A stretch of DNA of 58,140 nt, filler included, from Centroscyllium fabricii (lineage: Eukaryota): assembly GCA_051313645.2 (NCBI GenBank). It is 3 parts of 3 records of this genome, joined end to end, with 100 filler letters (N's around TTAATTAATTAA, not from the genome) between each part and the next. Parts side by side here need not be neighbours in the genome. Positions count along the whole stretch, not along the records: positions 30,246 to 45,640 come from JBNRSN020000027.1; positions 45,741 to 58,140 come from JBNRSN020000026.1; 1 more part is not named here. One strand, written 5' to 3'. A program made the position numbers and the translations under genes. A model generated the notes under the pieces. That model was not told the DNA's origin and searched no databases. It worked only from the letters and a program-made list of their open reading frames with translations. Position 1 is the stretch's first letter. Each line of letters begins with the position of its first letter. Shown here piece by piece: positions 38,345 to 51,699 of this stretch.

Positions 38345-39533
38345 TACCAAGAAATGTTATTCCCAGTAACTATCTTTATTGACCTGGTTTAAAGCGAATC
38401 GGTGAATGACTGACTGACTGTTAAATGGGTATTTAATATAGTCACATTAACCGGCGACCACAGACAGTGAAACGCCAGATAGTCTATCTCAAACAATTCA
38501 ATTACACCTTTGTAGACAGTTGATTTTACTTGTCAAGCAGAAGTGTTGTCCAAAGTTTAGCTTTCGGTTTAATTTAAAAGTAAAGCTATACAGTAATTTT
38601 TTTAATGTGTGGGAGAGCCTTTACAGGGCATCCAAAATATTTTAGTTTAAAAAGAAAGTGGGAGGGGAAACTTTTTTTTTAAGCTCAACGCTTCTAATCT
38701 AAGCAACTTGGTGACAGAGACCCTGAAAAGGGCAGCCAACCCCCTCTCCAGACCCCAGCTTCCTCTGACTGGGATGTACGTCATGGCAAATCGAGACAGC
38801 CAGCCCATTTTCTTTTTGTAACCGGCGTGTGAAAAGAAGACTTCTCCCAATCTGAGTTATGTCGTGGATTAGATTTTATATTCCGCACTCGAGTCCACTC
38901 AAGCGGGTAGGTGACGGAATGCTTCAGAGCAAGGGTGATCTTGTGCTGTGTCGTGTCTGCTCGGGAGTCGAAAGCTTAAATGTACACCACGGTTAATGTC
39001 TTCATGTTGGCTGCCTTTGCTCGGTTTCCTGTTTGTAATCTGTTGTCAGAGACTTGCATCTTCAGTCTTAGTGTCTAACATTTCAGTGTGGCTGTGTTTT
39101 TTAAATAAATCTTTTGCACATGTTTTAGTTTCTGTTCCCTGTGACGATCGTTGAAGCTGGAGTGTTGTGTATATTAATATAAACTTAAGTTTCTTACAGT
39201 TACAGACTAGCAGAAGAGCAAAAAAGGTTCTAACTTAATCGGCATAACGATTCTGTTCTGCTCATTTCACTTTTGCATTGAGCCCAACAAGTTGGTTGAA
39301 ACAAAAATATTCATAACATCAAATTGAATCCAAGCATTTGTTTATGAAACAGCAGAGACAGCTGTTTTGCATTAAGCATAAGTGATGGTATGAAAGAAGG
39401 CAATATACAGAATAATTCGCAGGAAAAAGGGCCAGTTGGGATTCTCACTGTGCATTGATACAATTTAACACTGGAAATTTCCACTGCTGTGTGAATCACT
39501 CCTGTTTACAGAAGGAATTGGAGATAAGGATTT

Positions 39534-39845
39534 AGGGCAGCACAGTGGCATAGTGGTTAGCACTGTTGCCTCACAGCGCCAGGGGCCCGGGTTCAAATCC
39601 GCCCTCGGGTGACCATCTGTGTGGAGTTTGCACATTCTCCCCGTGTCTGCGTGGGTTTCCTCTGGGTGCTCCGGTTTCCTCCCACAATCCAAAGATGTGC
39701 GGGTTAGGTTGATTGGCCAGGGTAAATTGACCCTTAGTGTTAGGGGGATTAAATATGTGGGGTTACGGGGATAGGGTGGGATATGTGTCCGTGCAGGCTC
39801 GATGGGCCGAAATGGCCTCTGTCTGCACTGTAGGGATTCTATGAT
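39534..39845 (+). mobile_element. Full-length HE1-like tRNA-derived V-SINE
   Basis: A box TGGCATAGTGG, B box GGTTCAAATCC, V domain TGTGTGGAGTTTGCACATTCTCCCCGTG...CCGGTTTCCTCCCAC, HER1-type tail GATTCTATGA. Confidence 0.9.
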
Positions 39846-40016
39846 AACCTGAGCAGAGGGCAATGTTTAACAGTTAACACTAACCTCAGGTCTTATCAGT
39901 TAGTGGTGAGGATGAGGTGTGTCATTACTAGCTCTTAGGTGTTTTCCTGTTCGAATAACCTTTTACAAAGGAGTGTCTTGGCTTGTGCTTAGATTCGTGC
40001 ACTGAGGATTAAGTCA

Positions 40017-40208
40017 TGATGTAGAGGTGCCGGTGTTGGACTGGGGTGGACAAATGCAAGAAGTCACACAACACCAGGTTATAGTCCAACAGTTTTATTT
40101 TAAATCACAAGCTTTCGGAGCTTCTGCACCTGACGAAGGGGCAGACGCTCCGAAAGCTTGTGATTTAAAATAAAACTGTTGGACTATAACCTGGTGTTGA
40201 GTGACTTC
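40017..40208 (-). mobile_element. Penelope-like palindromic insertion with hammerhead motif, family 1
   Basis: Inverted arms; plus-strand CAC-CTGACGA-AGGGGCAGACGCTCC-GAAAGCTT-GTG; 13-bp TSD GAGGATTAAGTCA. Confidence 0.8.
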
Positions 40209-41368
40209 GAGGATTAAGTCAGCACAGGATAGGCAGTGCAAGAATGGGTTGATGGCTCATCTCGATTCCAAGCATTGCTGCGTTGTCAGTCTGAGCCCAT
40301 TTGTGTGCAGATCACTCGCAAGGGACATCCTCCTGACCCTGTGCTCTCCAAGGGGTGCGCCCACTGGCGATGGCTTGCTGGCAGGGTGGAACAGTTGAAC
40401 TCTATGCCTCAGCTGCCATCCAGGGCCTGACTTTTTGTTGGTCCCCAGAGTTGGCCATTGGAGACCGTGGGAAGAAGCGTTTCCTTCCTGTTGGCTGGCT
40501 GGCTTAAACCTGAGGATGTAATTCGAGGTGGCTCTCTCTCCTCAGCAGCGCTCTCCCATCACCTCTTCACGAGGTAACTGTGGATGGGGAAGACCATTCA
40601 GCCAGAAAGACCCTACAGTCCCCCGATTACCACATCTATTCATTAAATAATTCCAGGACTTTGGCCTCCATTACTTGTGGCCAAAGGTCCATTGCAAGTG
40701 TTGATTACTGTGTGTGAACGTCAGATATCCCTTCCAAATTTGCCTTTTACTGGTTTGAACCTGTGTTCTCTTGCCCCACTCTGACAATTTAGATTGCACC
40801 TGTGTAAAGTTGCCTTTATACATGATGCTATGCTCGAGGTCCCCAATTCCTGTACACTGAAGTGCATTCAGCTCCCTGGTCCAATTCAGCTGGAGTATTT
40901 TTTTTTTTATGTGTGGCTGCTAACTTGTTACAACAAACACGGCTCCACTATGTCTCAATCGACGTTGCAAATAAATACAGGAACAGCGTCCGTCACGTGT
41001 GGATAAGGAAGAGTTTTGCAAGAAGGTTGCGGCAGATATTGCACAGTTAGAAAGGAAGCGGTTGGTTAGCGGGAAGCTTGGCTGAGTCTTAGTTGGTCTC
41101 GGTGGGATCCACTGTCTGGCTAGGTTGCTTGTTTTTTTTTTCCCCCTCTCGTTTCTGCTGGTTCCACTGCTACCAGCCGCCTCCCCCCCCACCTTCACCT
41201 AGCAATTAGTGCAGCACATCCAATCCCAATCGTGTTGTTAGCTGGCATCCACTGGTTCCAGCATAAGTCACTGGATGGTGATCGAGAACGGGAATCCTGC
41301 CCAAATTTATACTTTCCCAATCAAGGAGTGCTGCAGCATTGCGACTGCTGTCCTGATGAGATCATCAT

Positions 41369-41627
41369 GTCCAAAGATGTGCGGGTTAGGTTGATTGGCC
41401 ATGATAAATTGACCCTTAGTGTTAGGGGGGATTGAATGTGTGGGATTACGGGGATAGGGTGGGATATGTGTTGGTGCAGGCTCGATAGGGATCGAGGGAT
41501 ATGGGGAGAGGGCAGGGACAGGGTGCTGGGTTTGGATGATCAGCCATGATCTCATTGAATGGCGGAGCAGGCTCGAAGGGCCGAATGGCCGACTCCTGCG
41601 CCTAGTTTCTGTGTTTCTATGTTTCTA
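41369..41627 (+). mobile_element. 5'-truncated V-SINE with long CR1-type tail
   Basis: Same structure as 15162-15405. Confidence 0.8.
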
Positions 41628-42224
41628 ACTAACCCAGCATGGACCACGGATTGGAACTGGAATTATACTAGTCTGTATGGCTCAGTACCGCAGTGCATCC
41701 AATCTGTGGCTGGCACTGGTCTGTCCAGTGGATCAGAAGATGAAGCAGATTCTCTGCACCTCTTCAAATAAACTCTCTGAGCCTTGAGTTTTCCGAATTC
41801 AAAAAAAAATGATTAACCTTTGAATTTCATTATTGTGGATGGTGTAACAATGACTTGGGATTTATATCGAATCTTTAGTGTAGTTACCATCCCAGAATGC
41901 TCCACAGAGGAGAAACAAGACCAGGCAGTGATGGGAGAGGTAACTGAGAGTGTGGTCAGAGATGAGTTTTTAAGAAGGCTTTTAAAGGTGGGGAGAGAAA
42001 TAGCCAGGGAGGGAGTTGCAGAGAGTAGGATCAGGACGGCTGGGTGGCGAGGGAGATGAGATTTGGAAAGGCTGGTCCACCAGGGATGGAGCAGGGGGTG
42101 GGGGCATGCACAGGAAGCCACGATCAGGAGTCGAGCGCACAAGTGCGAGACCTTATAGCTCTGTACATCAGACTGCTTTGATACTGTCTCTCGGCAACCT
42201 AGAAAGCCTGACCATCGTGACACC

Positions 42225-42586
42225 ACTGGTCTGGACAGACTTGATGCAGGAAGAATGTTCCCAAAGGTCGGAGAGACCAGAACCAGGGGCCATAGTCTAA
42301 GGATAAGTGGTAACTCATTTAGGACAGAGATGAGGAGGAATTTCTTCACCCAGAGAGTGGTGAACCTGTGGAATTCTCTGCCACAGAGGGCGATGGAGGC
42401 CAATTCATTAAATATATTCAAGAAGGAGCTGCATGTATTTCGTAAGGCTAGAGTGATCAAGGGATATGGGGAGAGGGCAGGGACAAGGTACTGAGTTTGG
42501 ATGATCAGCCATGATCTCATTGAATGGTGGAGCAGGCTCGAGGGGCCGAATGGCCTACTCCTGCTCCTATCTTCTATGTTTCTATG
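42225..42586 (+). mobile_element. CR1 3' end
   Basis: RNFFTQRVVNLWNSLP, tail (TTCTATGT)n. Confidence 0.9.
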
Positions 42587-42744
42587 AAAATCAGCCAGTT
42601 AAAGAGTTTATAATGAGGTTAACATCCTTTTGATTTATTTCCTGCCAGTTCTGGTTGAGCAATTAGTCTTGATAACTGCACTGGACAGGAACAGCTTTCA
42701 TTGGAGTTACTGAGGCCAACAGTATGAGGAACATATAAAGATTA

Positions 42745-44095
42745 ACATAGAAACATAGAAGATAGGATCAGGAGTAGGCCATTCGGCCATGGCTGATCAT
42801 CCAAACTCCGTACCCTGTCCCTGCCCTCTCTCCATATCCCTTGATCCCTCTCGCCTTAAGAAATACATCCAGCTCCTTCTTGAATATATTCAATGAACTA
42901 GCCTCCACCGCCCTCTGTGGCAGAGAATCGCACAGGTTCACCACTCTCTGGGTGAAGAAATTCCTCCTCATCTCAGTCCTAAATGAGTTACCCCTTATCC
43001 TTAGACTATGACCCCTGGTTCTGGACTCTCCGATCATCGGGAGCTTTCTTCCTGCATCAAGTTTGTCCAGACCAATTAGAATTTTATATGTTTCGATGAG
43101 ATCCCCTCTCAATCTTCTAAACTCCAGAGAGTACAAACCCAGTCTACCCAGTCTCTCCTCATACGTCATTCCTGCCATCCCAGGTATCAGCCTGGTGAAC
43201 CTTCTCTGCACTCCCTCCATGGCAAGAATGTACTTCCTTAGATAAGGAGACCAAAATTGCACACACTACTCAAGGTGTGGTCTCACCAAGGCCCTGTACA
43301 ACTGTAGCAAGACCTCCCTGTTCCTGTACTCGAACCCTTTCGCTATGAAGGCCAACATACCATTTGTCTTCTTAACCGCCTGCTGCACCTGCATGCTCAC
43401 CTTCAGTGACTGGTGCACAAGGCCACCCATCTCGTTGTACTTCCCCTTCTCCCAATCTATTGCCATTCAGATAATAGTCGGCATTTCTATTGTTGCCCCC
43501 AAAGTGGATAACCTCACATTTATCCACATTATACTGCATCTGTAACGTCTCAGCCCACTCGCCCAACCTGTCCAAATCATCCTGGAGCTTCCTGGTATCG
43601 TACTCGCAGCACACACGCCGTCCCAGCTTTGTGTCATCTACAAACTTGGGGACATTACATTTAGTTCCCTTTTCTAAATCATTAATGTATATTGTGAATA
43701 GCTGGGGTCCCAGGACCGATCCCTGCGGTACCCCACTAGTCTCTGCCTGCCACTTGGAAAAAGACCCATTTACTCCTACTCTCTGCTTTCTGTCCGCCAA
43801 CCAATTCTCAATCCAAGTCAATACCTTGCCCCCAATCCCATGTGCCCTAACTTTACATGCTAATCTCTTGTGCAGGACCTTGTTGAACGCCTTCTGAAAG
43901 TCTAAGTACACCACATCTACTGGTTCTCGCTGATCGATTTTCCCAGTTACATCCTCAAAAAATTCCAGTAGATTAGTCAAGCACGATTTACCTTTTGTAA
44001 ATCCATGTTGACTTTGTCTGATCCTGCCACTGATTTTCAAGTGCTCTGCTATTACATCCTTTATTATGGACTCCAGCATCTTCCCCAATATTGAC
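42745..44095 (-). mobile_element. 5'-truncated CR1
   Basis: QHGFTKGKSCLTNL, QGSVLGP, FVDDTK and C-terminal motifs, with tail. Confidence 0.92.
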
Positions 44096-44711
44096 CAATG
44101 CCAATTCAACTCGCTCACTTTCAGAATCAGTAAATGCTCCTGGGGGGGGCGGGGAGGGAAACATTTTGAAACTTAAGATTAAAGAGCTCTGCTTACTTCT
44201 CTACAGTAGTATCCTACTCAAATCCATCCTTTCACAAGGCCTCAAAACTGGAACTCTATACTGTACTCCGTTGAATCTTACCTCTCTCGTAAAGTCTTCA
44301 AGCTTTGTAAAGACAAGGTTTGGCACCATATAGCCACTACTCCTGACTTCCTTAGTCTACTTTCCCCACATTGGTTGTGTCCAATCCTCTGGACTTGGGC
44401 CTTCACCTGGGTTCCTCAATATTAAAACCGTGTAAACCAGGTACAAATCCCAGGGGCTTCGCCCAACACCTAATGACTTGCATTTGCTCGTGTGGAGGTT
44501 ATGTTGCTGGACTAGAAGTCCAGTTCCCTGGACTAATGCTCCAGAGAAAGTTGAGATCAAATCCCACCATGATGGCTTGAGGGTTTAAATTCAGTTTAAA
44601 AAGTCTGGGTATCTGTCAACATGACCATGAAGCTGTTGGATTGTCATAAAAACCCAAATGGTTCAGTAATGTCCATTTAGGGAAGGAAACCTGCCGTCCT
44701 TACCCGTTCTA

Positions 44712-45640
44712 GAGTTCTGGAATTTTTTGAGGATGCAACTGGTAGAATAGATAAGGGAGAACCAGTGGATGTGGTGTATTTGGACTTTCGGAAGGCTTTC
44801 GATAAGGTCCCGCATAAGAGATTAGCATGTAAAGTAAAAGCACAAGGGATTGGGGGCAAGGTACTGACTTGGATAGCTAACTAGTTGGCAGACAGGAAGC
44901 AAAGAGTTGGAATAAATGGGCCTTTTTCCAAGTGGCAGGCAGTGACTAGTGGGGTACCGCAGGGATCGGTGCAAGGACCCCAGCTATTCACAATATATAT
45001 TAATGATCTAGACGAGGGAACTAGATGTAATATCTCCAAGTTTGCAGATGACACAAAGCTGGATGGACATGTGTGCTGTGAAGAGGATGCCGAGAAACTC
45101 CAGTATGATTTGGACAGGTTGGGTGATTGGGCAGAAGCATGGCAGATGCAGTATAACGTGGATAAATGCAAGGTTATCCACTTCAGTGGCAAAAACAGGA
45201 AGGCAGATTATTATCTGAACGGGAATTGATTGGGAGAAGGGGAAGTGCAACGAGACCTGGGTGTCCTTATGCACCAGTTGCTGAAGGTAAGCATGCAGGT
45301 GCAGCAGGCGGTTAAGAAAGCAAATGGTATGTTGGCCTTCGTAGCGAGAGGATTTGAGTACAGGAGCAAGAATATCTGCAGTTGTACAGGGCCCTGGTGA
45401 GACCACACCTTGAGTATTGTGTGCAGTTTTGGTCACCTTATCTGAGGAAGGATGTTCTTGCCATGGAGGGAGTGCAGCGAAGATTCACCAGACTGATACC
45501 TGGGATAGCAGGAATGACGTATGAGGAGAGATTGGGTCGATTGGGCTTATACTCACTGGAGTTCAGAAGAATGAGAGGGGATCTCATTGAAGCTTATAAA
45601 ATTCGAACAGGACTAGACAGACTAGATGCAGGAAGGATGT
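44712..45640 (+). mobile_element. CR1 RT fragment cut by the contig end
   Basis: VDVVYLDF, FADDTK, LVRPHLEYCVQFWSP. Confidence 0.9.
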
Positions 45641-45740
45641 NNNNNNNNNNNNNNNNNNNNNNNNNNNNNNNNNNNNNNNNNNNNTTAATTAATTAANNNN
45701 NNNNNNNNNNNNNNNNNNNNNNNNNNNNNNNNNNNNNNNN
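45641..45740. other. Artificial contig-joining spacer
   Basis: TTAATTAATTAA at 45685-45696 within Ns, 100 nt in total. Confidence 0.92.
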
Positions 45741-46497
45741 GATTGATGTCCCCCCGCCCCTCCCCCAGAGAATGAGAAGTGAGCAAAGGAGATCAAATTG
45801 ATTTCAATCTCTGGGCCTACACACTGCAAAATATTTTGGAAGATATTGTCAGGGCTGCAGTTTCGTTATTCAGGTTAGCAGGGAGTGTAATTTGCCTCAA
45901 GGGACAGGGTTAGCCAAACCTAAAGTCTCATTTTGTACGGTTAAGATTGGTCGAAGCAAATAGTTTGCGTTGGGAACAGAATGAGTAGAAGGCTCACCCG
46001 TTCACACATCCTGCCATCGAGTATGGCTGGTACTCTCCAGCGTTCCCTACTGCACTGGGAATGATTATCCAATGGAATCTAGAGGAAACTGCGATTCAAT
46101 GCAGTTTGTGCGGTCCATGATATTTTAGTACCATGTGCGGCTTCACCAACACCGTGTTGAATTGATTAAAATGTATATATGATGACCCACCCCCACCCCA
46201 CATCCAATCTTGATAAAAAAAAGAACGTTCAGACAGTTCAAGAAGAATTGTGAGTCAAGTGCTTGTTGTGTTGCTCGAAGACACAGAATATAACATTTTG
46301 CCAGAGGCAGAATTCACGTCCATCAAAAATCTGAAATCAAACGTTAAATATTCTGGTTTGCCACCTAAACGCGAAACAAAATATATTTTCTGTTATATAA
46401 ATGGAAAAATTGAAGTAAAAGTCAATTGTTAGAATGGTTCTATAACCTCCTTTATATTTTTGAACATAACTCTAAAGGTAATGAGTAGTACAACAAG

Positions 46498-46758
46498 ATA
46501 GAAACATAGAAACATAGAAGATAGGAGCAGGGATAGGCCATTCTGCCCTTCGAGCCTGCTCCGCCATTCAATGAGATCATGGCTGATCATCCAAACCCAG
46601 CACCCTGTCCCTGCCTTCTCCCCATATCCCTCGATCCCTATCGAGCCTCCATCGACACATATCCCACCCTATCCCCGTAACCCCACATATTCAATCCCCC
46701 TAACACTAAGGGTCAATTTATCCTGGCCAATCAACCTAACCCGCACATCTTTGGACTG
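46498..46758 (-). mobile_element. 5'-truncated V-SINE with long CR1-type tail
   Basis: Reverse complement of the 41369 structure. Confidence 0.8.
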
Positions 46759-47150
46759 ATGCGTTGTGTGCTCAGATATCTGATGGAGCAGCTATGTATT
46801 GTCACCTTCAAATGTGGCATTTCGTTTTTACTGGCTGCTACTCCAATAAGAATTCACTTTGATCGTGTAAGAATGTGGATAGTCGACAGCTGGATGTCAC
46901 GTTGGACGCCGCAGACTTATTATAAAATGCCGACAAAATTTGCGCCGAACACGTTTCAAAAGGACAATAGTGAGCGCCGATAATTCAGATACTTTCTCAT
47001 TCTGTGGGAAATGTGCACAATGTTTTAACCTGATGTTCATAGTAGGTCGTTAGAGACCACATGAGAAGATTGACAATTGCTGATCCCTGCGAGAGTCAGA
47101 CGCCTAGAGGCAGGTACACGCGCAATATTTGTTGTTCCAATACGAAGCTT

Positions 47151-47692
47151 AGAATCACAGAATCACAGAATCATAGAATCATAGAATCATAGATTCACAG
47201 AATCACAGAATCATAGAATCATAGAATCACAGAACCATAGAATCACAGAATCACAGAATTATAGAATCATAGAATCATAGATTCACAGAATCACAGAATC
47301 ACAGAATCATAGAATCACAGAACCATAGAATCACAGAATCACAGAATTATAGAATCACAGAATTATAGAATCACAGAATCATAGAATCACAGAATCACAG
47401 AATCATAGAATCACAGAATCACAGAATGGTAGATTCACAGAATCACAGAATCACAGAATGGTAGATTCACAGAATCACAGAATCACAGAATCATAGAATC
47501 ACAGAATCATAGATTCACAGAATCATAGAATCACAGAATCACAGAATCATAGAATCACAGAATCACAGAATCATAGAATCACAGAATCCCTACAGAGCAG
47601 AGAGAGGCCATTTCGGCCCATGGAGCCTGCACCGACACATATCCCACCCCACATATTCAATCCCCCTAACACTAAGGGTCAATTTATCCTGG
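47151..47692 (-). repeat. HE1-like SINE 3' fragment (47588-47692) with a tail expanded into an (AGAATCAY)n 8-bp array
   Basis: The array is continuous with the SINE 3' terminus ...CTGTAGGGATTCTGTG. Confidence 0.88.
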
Positions 47693-48492
47693 CTTGTGGG
47701 ATCCTTACTATTAATTTGTATTAAGGGATCGATGGATCGATTTAAAAGGTCGGTGAATTCCACATTACACAAATTCCAAGAACTCCACTTTTTTTTGTGC
47801 TGAAAACTGAACCGCAGAGACACAATCTGACCATAAAATAACCGGAATTTCTTGACCACGTATTTTGAGTCCAAATGTTGCTTTTGACTGCGCTTCCTGT
47901 ACAGATGTTTTTTCTCTTCCCCCGCAACCCCCCCCCCCCCCCCCCTCCCCTCCCGTTCTGTCTGCCAAGCGACATAAATCACATTTGGAAAGTCCCCAGT
48001 GTGTATGATTTACGCGTGCTACTAAGTTGTGTGTGTGTGTGGAGTACAATACAGTAAGGGGCATTGCATTTACTGTCTGCGCGCCTGTGTGCTCAAACCG
48101 CACAAATCGACATGCGTGCTGAGAATCATAGTATTTGTCAAGTGATGTTTGTATATCAGAAACGTCAACAACTGCTGGGGCACCCGGAGGCTGCAGATTC
48201 GGAGAGTATTTTCGAACATCAACAAGGAAAGGCAGGGACTGCTGACAATGTTTTCAGTTCCACGTGTTGCCAGATAAGGCTGTTGTTTCGCTCAATTCTA
48301 ACCGCAAAGCAAAGATTCGGTTTCTGCTAATCCTAAACTCCAAAAGCAGGACCCTTTCACGCTGACACCACTCCCGTCAGAACATTGCCCTGACTGCTAA
48401 ACCGGTCCCACCGTCAAACTGTCCATTCCGGTCCTTTACACCAAGGCTGTTCCTTCCAACCCTACCTCAAGCCTTGCTGCTAAAACCAACCT

Positions 48493-48913
48493 CTGGAGTT
48501 TAGAAGATTGAGAGGGGATCTCATCGAAACGTATAAAATTCTAACTGGTCTGGACAAACTTGATGCAGGAAGAATGTTCCCGATGGTCGGAGAGTCCAGA
48601 ACCAGGGGTCACAGTCTAAGGATAAGGGGTAACTCATTTAGGACAGAGATGAGGAGGAATTTCTTCACCCAGAGAGTGGTGAACCTGTGGAATTCTCTAC
48701 CACAGAGGGTGGTGGAGGCCGGTTCATTGAATATATTCAAGAAGGAGCTGGATGTATTTCTTAAGGCTAGAGGGATCAAGGGATATGGAGAGAAAGCAGG
48801 GACAGGGTACTGAGTTTGGATGATCAGCCATGATCTCATTAAATGGCGGAGCAGGCTCGAGGGGCCGAATGGCCGACTCCTGCTCCTATCTTCTATGTTT
48901 CTATGTTTCTATG
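48493..48913 (+). mobile_element. CR1 3' end
   Basis: RGDLIETYKIL...GYGEKAGTGY*, tail (TTCTATGT)3. Confidence 0.92.
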
Positions 48914-49714
48914 TAACCTCCACTCACTGGTGAAAGTTGTCATTGAAAAAGCAGCCTTGCCAATTACCCAGTGGGGGAAAGAGATAAAAAGAAACAGGCG
49001 AGCGAAGGAGATGTTACAGCGTGGAGTTCGCAACCAGACCATTCCTTCTCTGTATTGAACACCTAGAAGGATATAGCCTGCGGTATTTATATGAACAAAA
49101 CTGAAGCGCAGATGACGCCCGAAGTATTAGATTAACAGCTCTGTACAAAACAGTTGGAATAATGCCAACTGATTCATAATTATGTTGAGCAGCTCCAATC
49201 CAGACATGGCGTTGGTTGGCGAATTATTGAAGCGCCTTGTGCTAAAGTGTGGGGTCACCCTGGTCCCTTGGTTGGATGGGTTTGTATTAGGTCCCCTTAA
49301 TGGTCAGGACCAGGCGGCGTTTAGACCAGTTATTGCTTTTCATCGGATTGGTAGGAAACAGCACTGAACATCCTACATAAAGCGCTCAAACAATTCTAAC
49401 AGTAAATTCCAACACATCTCGCAAATGAAACGCTGTGTATTAAATATTAGTGTTTCAAGACCAAATTACTAAAGGCTTATTCGCTGCCCCGGGGGACTTC
49501 TAATCTGTGAATAATTTGAATTCCCTGACCAATTTCGGGAACCTTACAGATTTAAAAGCCAATCTTTATCTGGTTTCCAAACCTTTCTCTCTTCCACATT
49601 AGGAGTTTACTTAGTATTACACAATGACGTGATTACTCTTCAATATGAAATAAAAATGTTAACATATAGGTGCGGTTCTATATAATCATTAAATAGAGTA
49701 TCACTACCCTGTCA

Positions 49715-50835
49715 TAAAAACGACGTTCATTTATATAGCGCCTTTCGTGATCTCGGGATGCCCTAACGAGCTTTACAGCCAATGAAGTACTTTTTTGAAG
49801 TGTTATAATGTAGGAAACGCATCAGGCAATCTGCGCACAGCAAGCTCCCACAAACAGCAATGTGATAATGACCAGATGATCTGTTTTTGGTGATGTTGAT
49901 TGCGGCATAGATATTGGCCAGGACACCGGGAGAACCCCCCCCCCCCCCCTCCCTGCTCTTCTTTGAAATAGTGGCCATGGGAGCTTTTACGTCCACCTGA
50001 AAGGGCAAATTGGGCCTCGGTTTAAGACCTCATCCAAAAGACGGCACCTCCGACAGTGCAGCACCCCTCCGACAGTGCAGCACCCCTCCGACAGTGCAGC
50101 ACCCCTCCGACAGTGCAGCACTCCTCCGACAGTGCAGCACTCCTCCGACAGTGCAGCACTCCTCCGACAGTGCAGCACCCCTCCCACAGTGCAGCACCCC
50201 TCCGACAGTGCAGCACTCCTCTGACAGTGCAGCACTCCTCCGACAGTGCAGCACCCCTCCGACAGTGCAGCACCCCTCCGACAGTGCAGCACTCCTCCGA
50301 CAGTGCAGCACCCCTCCGACAGTGCAGCACCCCTCCGACAGTGCAGCACCCCTCCGACAGTGCAGCACCCCTCCGACAGTGCAGCACTCCTCCGACAGTG
50401 CAGCACCCCTCCGACAGTGCAGCACTCCTCCGACAGTGCAGCACCCCTCCGACAGTGCAGCACCCCTCCGACAGTGCAGCACTCCTCCGACAGTGCAGCA
50501 CTCCTCCGACAGTGCAGCACTCCTCCGACAGTGCAGCACCCCTCCGACAGTGCAGCACCCCTCCGACAGTGCAGCACCCCTCCGACAGTGCAGCACCCCT
50601 CCGACAGTGCAGCACTCCTCTGACAGTGCAGCACTCCTCCGACAGTGCAGCACCCCATCAACAGTGCAGCACCCCATCAATAGTGCAGCACTCCTCCGAC
50701 AGTGCAGCACTCCTCCGACAGTGCAGCACTCCCTCAGCACTGCCCTGGGAGTGTCAGCCTAGCATTTTGTGCTCAAGTCTGATGGAGTGGAACTGTGAAC
50801 CCACAACCCTTCTGATTCAGAGGCAAGGAACGCTA
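49715..50835 (-). mobile_element. Deu-domain SINE (SacSINE1-like) with an internal 19-bp minisatellite (50045-50730)
   Basis: tRNA-like head, Deu core and L2-type tail; unit CCGACAGTGCAGCACYCCT repeated about 35 times. Confidence 0.85.
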
Positions 50836-51699
50836 CCCATTTGTAGCCAGGCAGCCGAGACGCGTTTCTCTGAGCAGTTCGATGTCACGTATTCTCTGAC
50901 CACAAGCACCGAGGATGCAATTGTATGTGGCTGTCCTTGTTCTCAAAACACGTTTGATAGGAGAGAGAGAGAGTAATTTACATGCTCATTCATTGTGATG
51001 TCACGGTCACGATAGTTTCCCACTGACATCATAAAGCAACTGGCTGTATTAACGTTCTTTAAATGTCGCTACCTTCCAATTTGGAATGTTGAGACATGTC
51101 TCACCCGTCAGCTGCAAACCTCCACGGCGGCTTCTGCCCGTGGAATAAACTCCACAGTCCGCTCCCCCGCCCCCCCGTGCGCCCTCTATGTAGATGTTCC
51201 ACGATAAAATACGGTTACAAACAGATCTACTTGTCTTTAATCCTCAAAACGCGCCCTCGTAGCATAAAACCGCGTTCTGTAATCGGGACATTTCCACAAA
51301 GGGCTGCCCAGTCGCTGTGTCAGCCGAGGCCCAACAGCATGGCTGACATCGATATCAAAAGAATTAGTCATTAATGCTCATATATATACATGGGCGATAT
51401 GGGGGTTTACAGCCCCATTTACACCCTAATATGCCAAAACTAGTAGATTGGGTACTCTCCATACATTGACCACAAAGACCAGGATAGACATGATGGTGTT
51501 TTACTGGAACATATTTAAAGAGCTTATTCTCGACAACCTTTCAATGCAATCGACCAAGCATTTTTTGGTGATTCATGTTCAGTTGACAGGCTATTTGAAA
51601 TATTTCCTGTCAATGTTGTGAAATAAAATAATGTGAATGCATACTTCGCCTGTATTTGATGCACGGAACCTTTCACTGAAAGAACACTGATTTACAAAG

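Noticed and set aside
39534-39610. tRNA gene
   Set aside because: It is the tRNA-derived head of a SINE and continues into the V domain
49987-50976. 200-300 aa ORFs on both strands
   Set aside because: Translations of the 19-bp repeat
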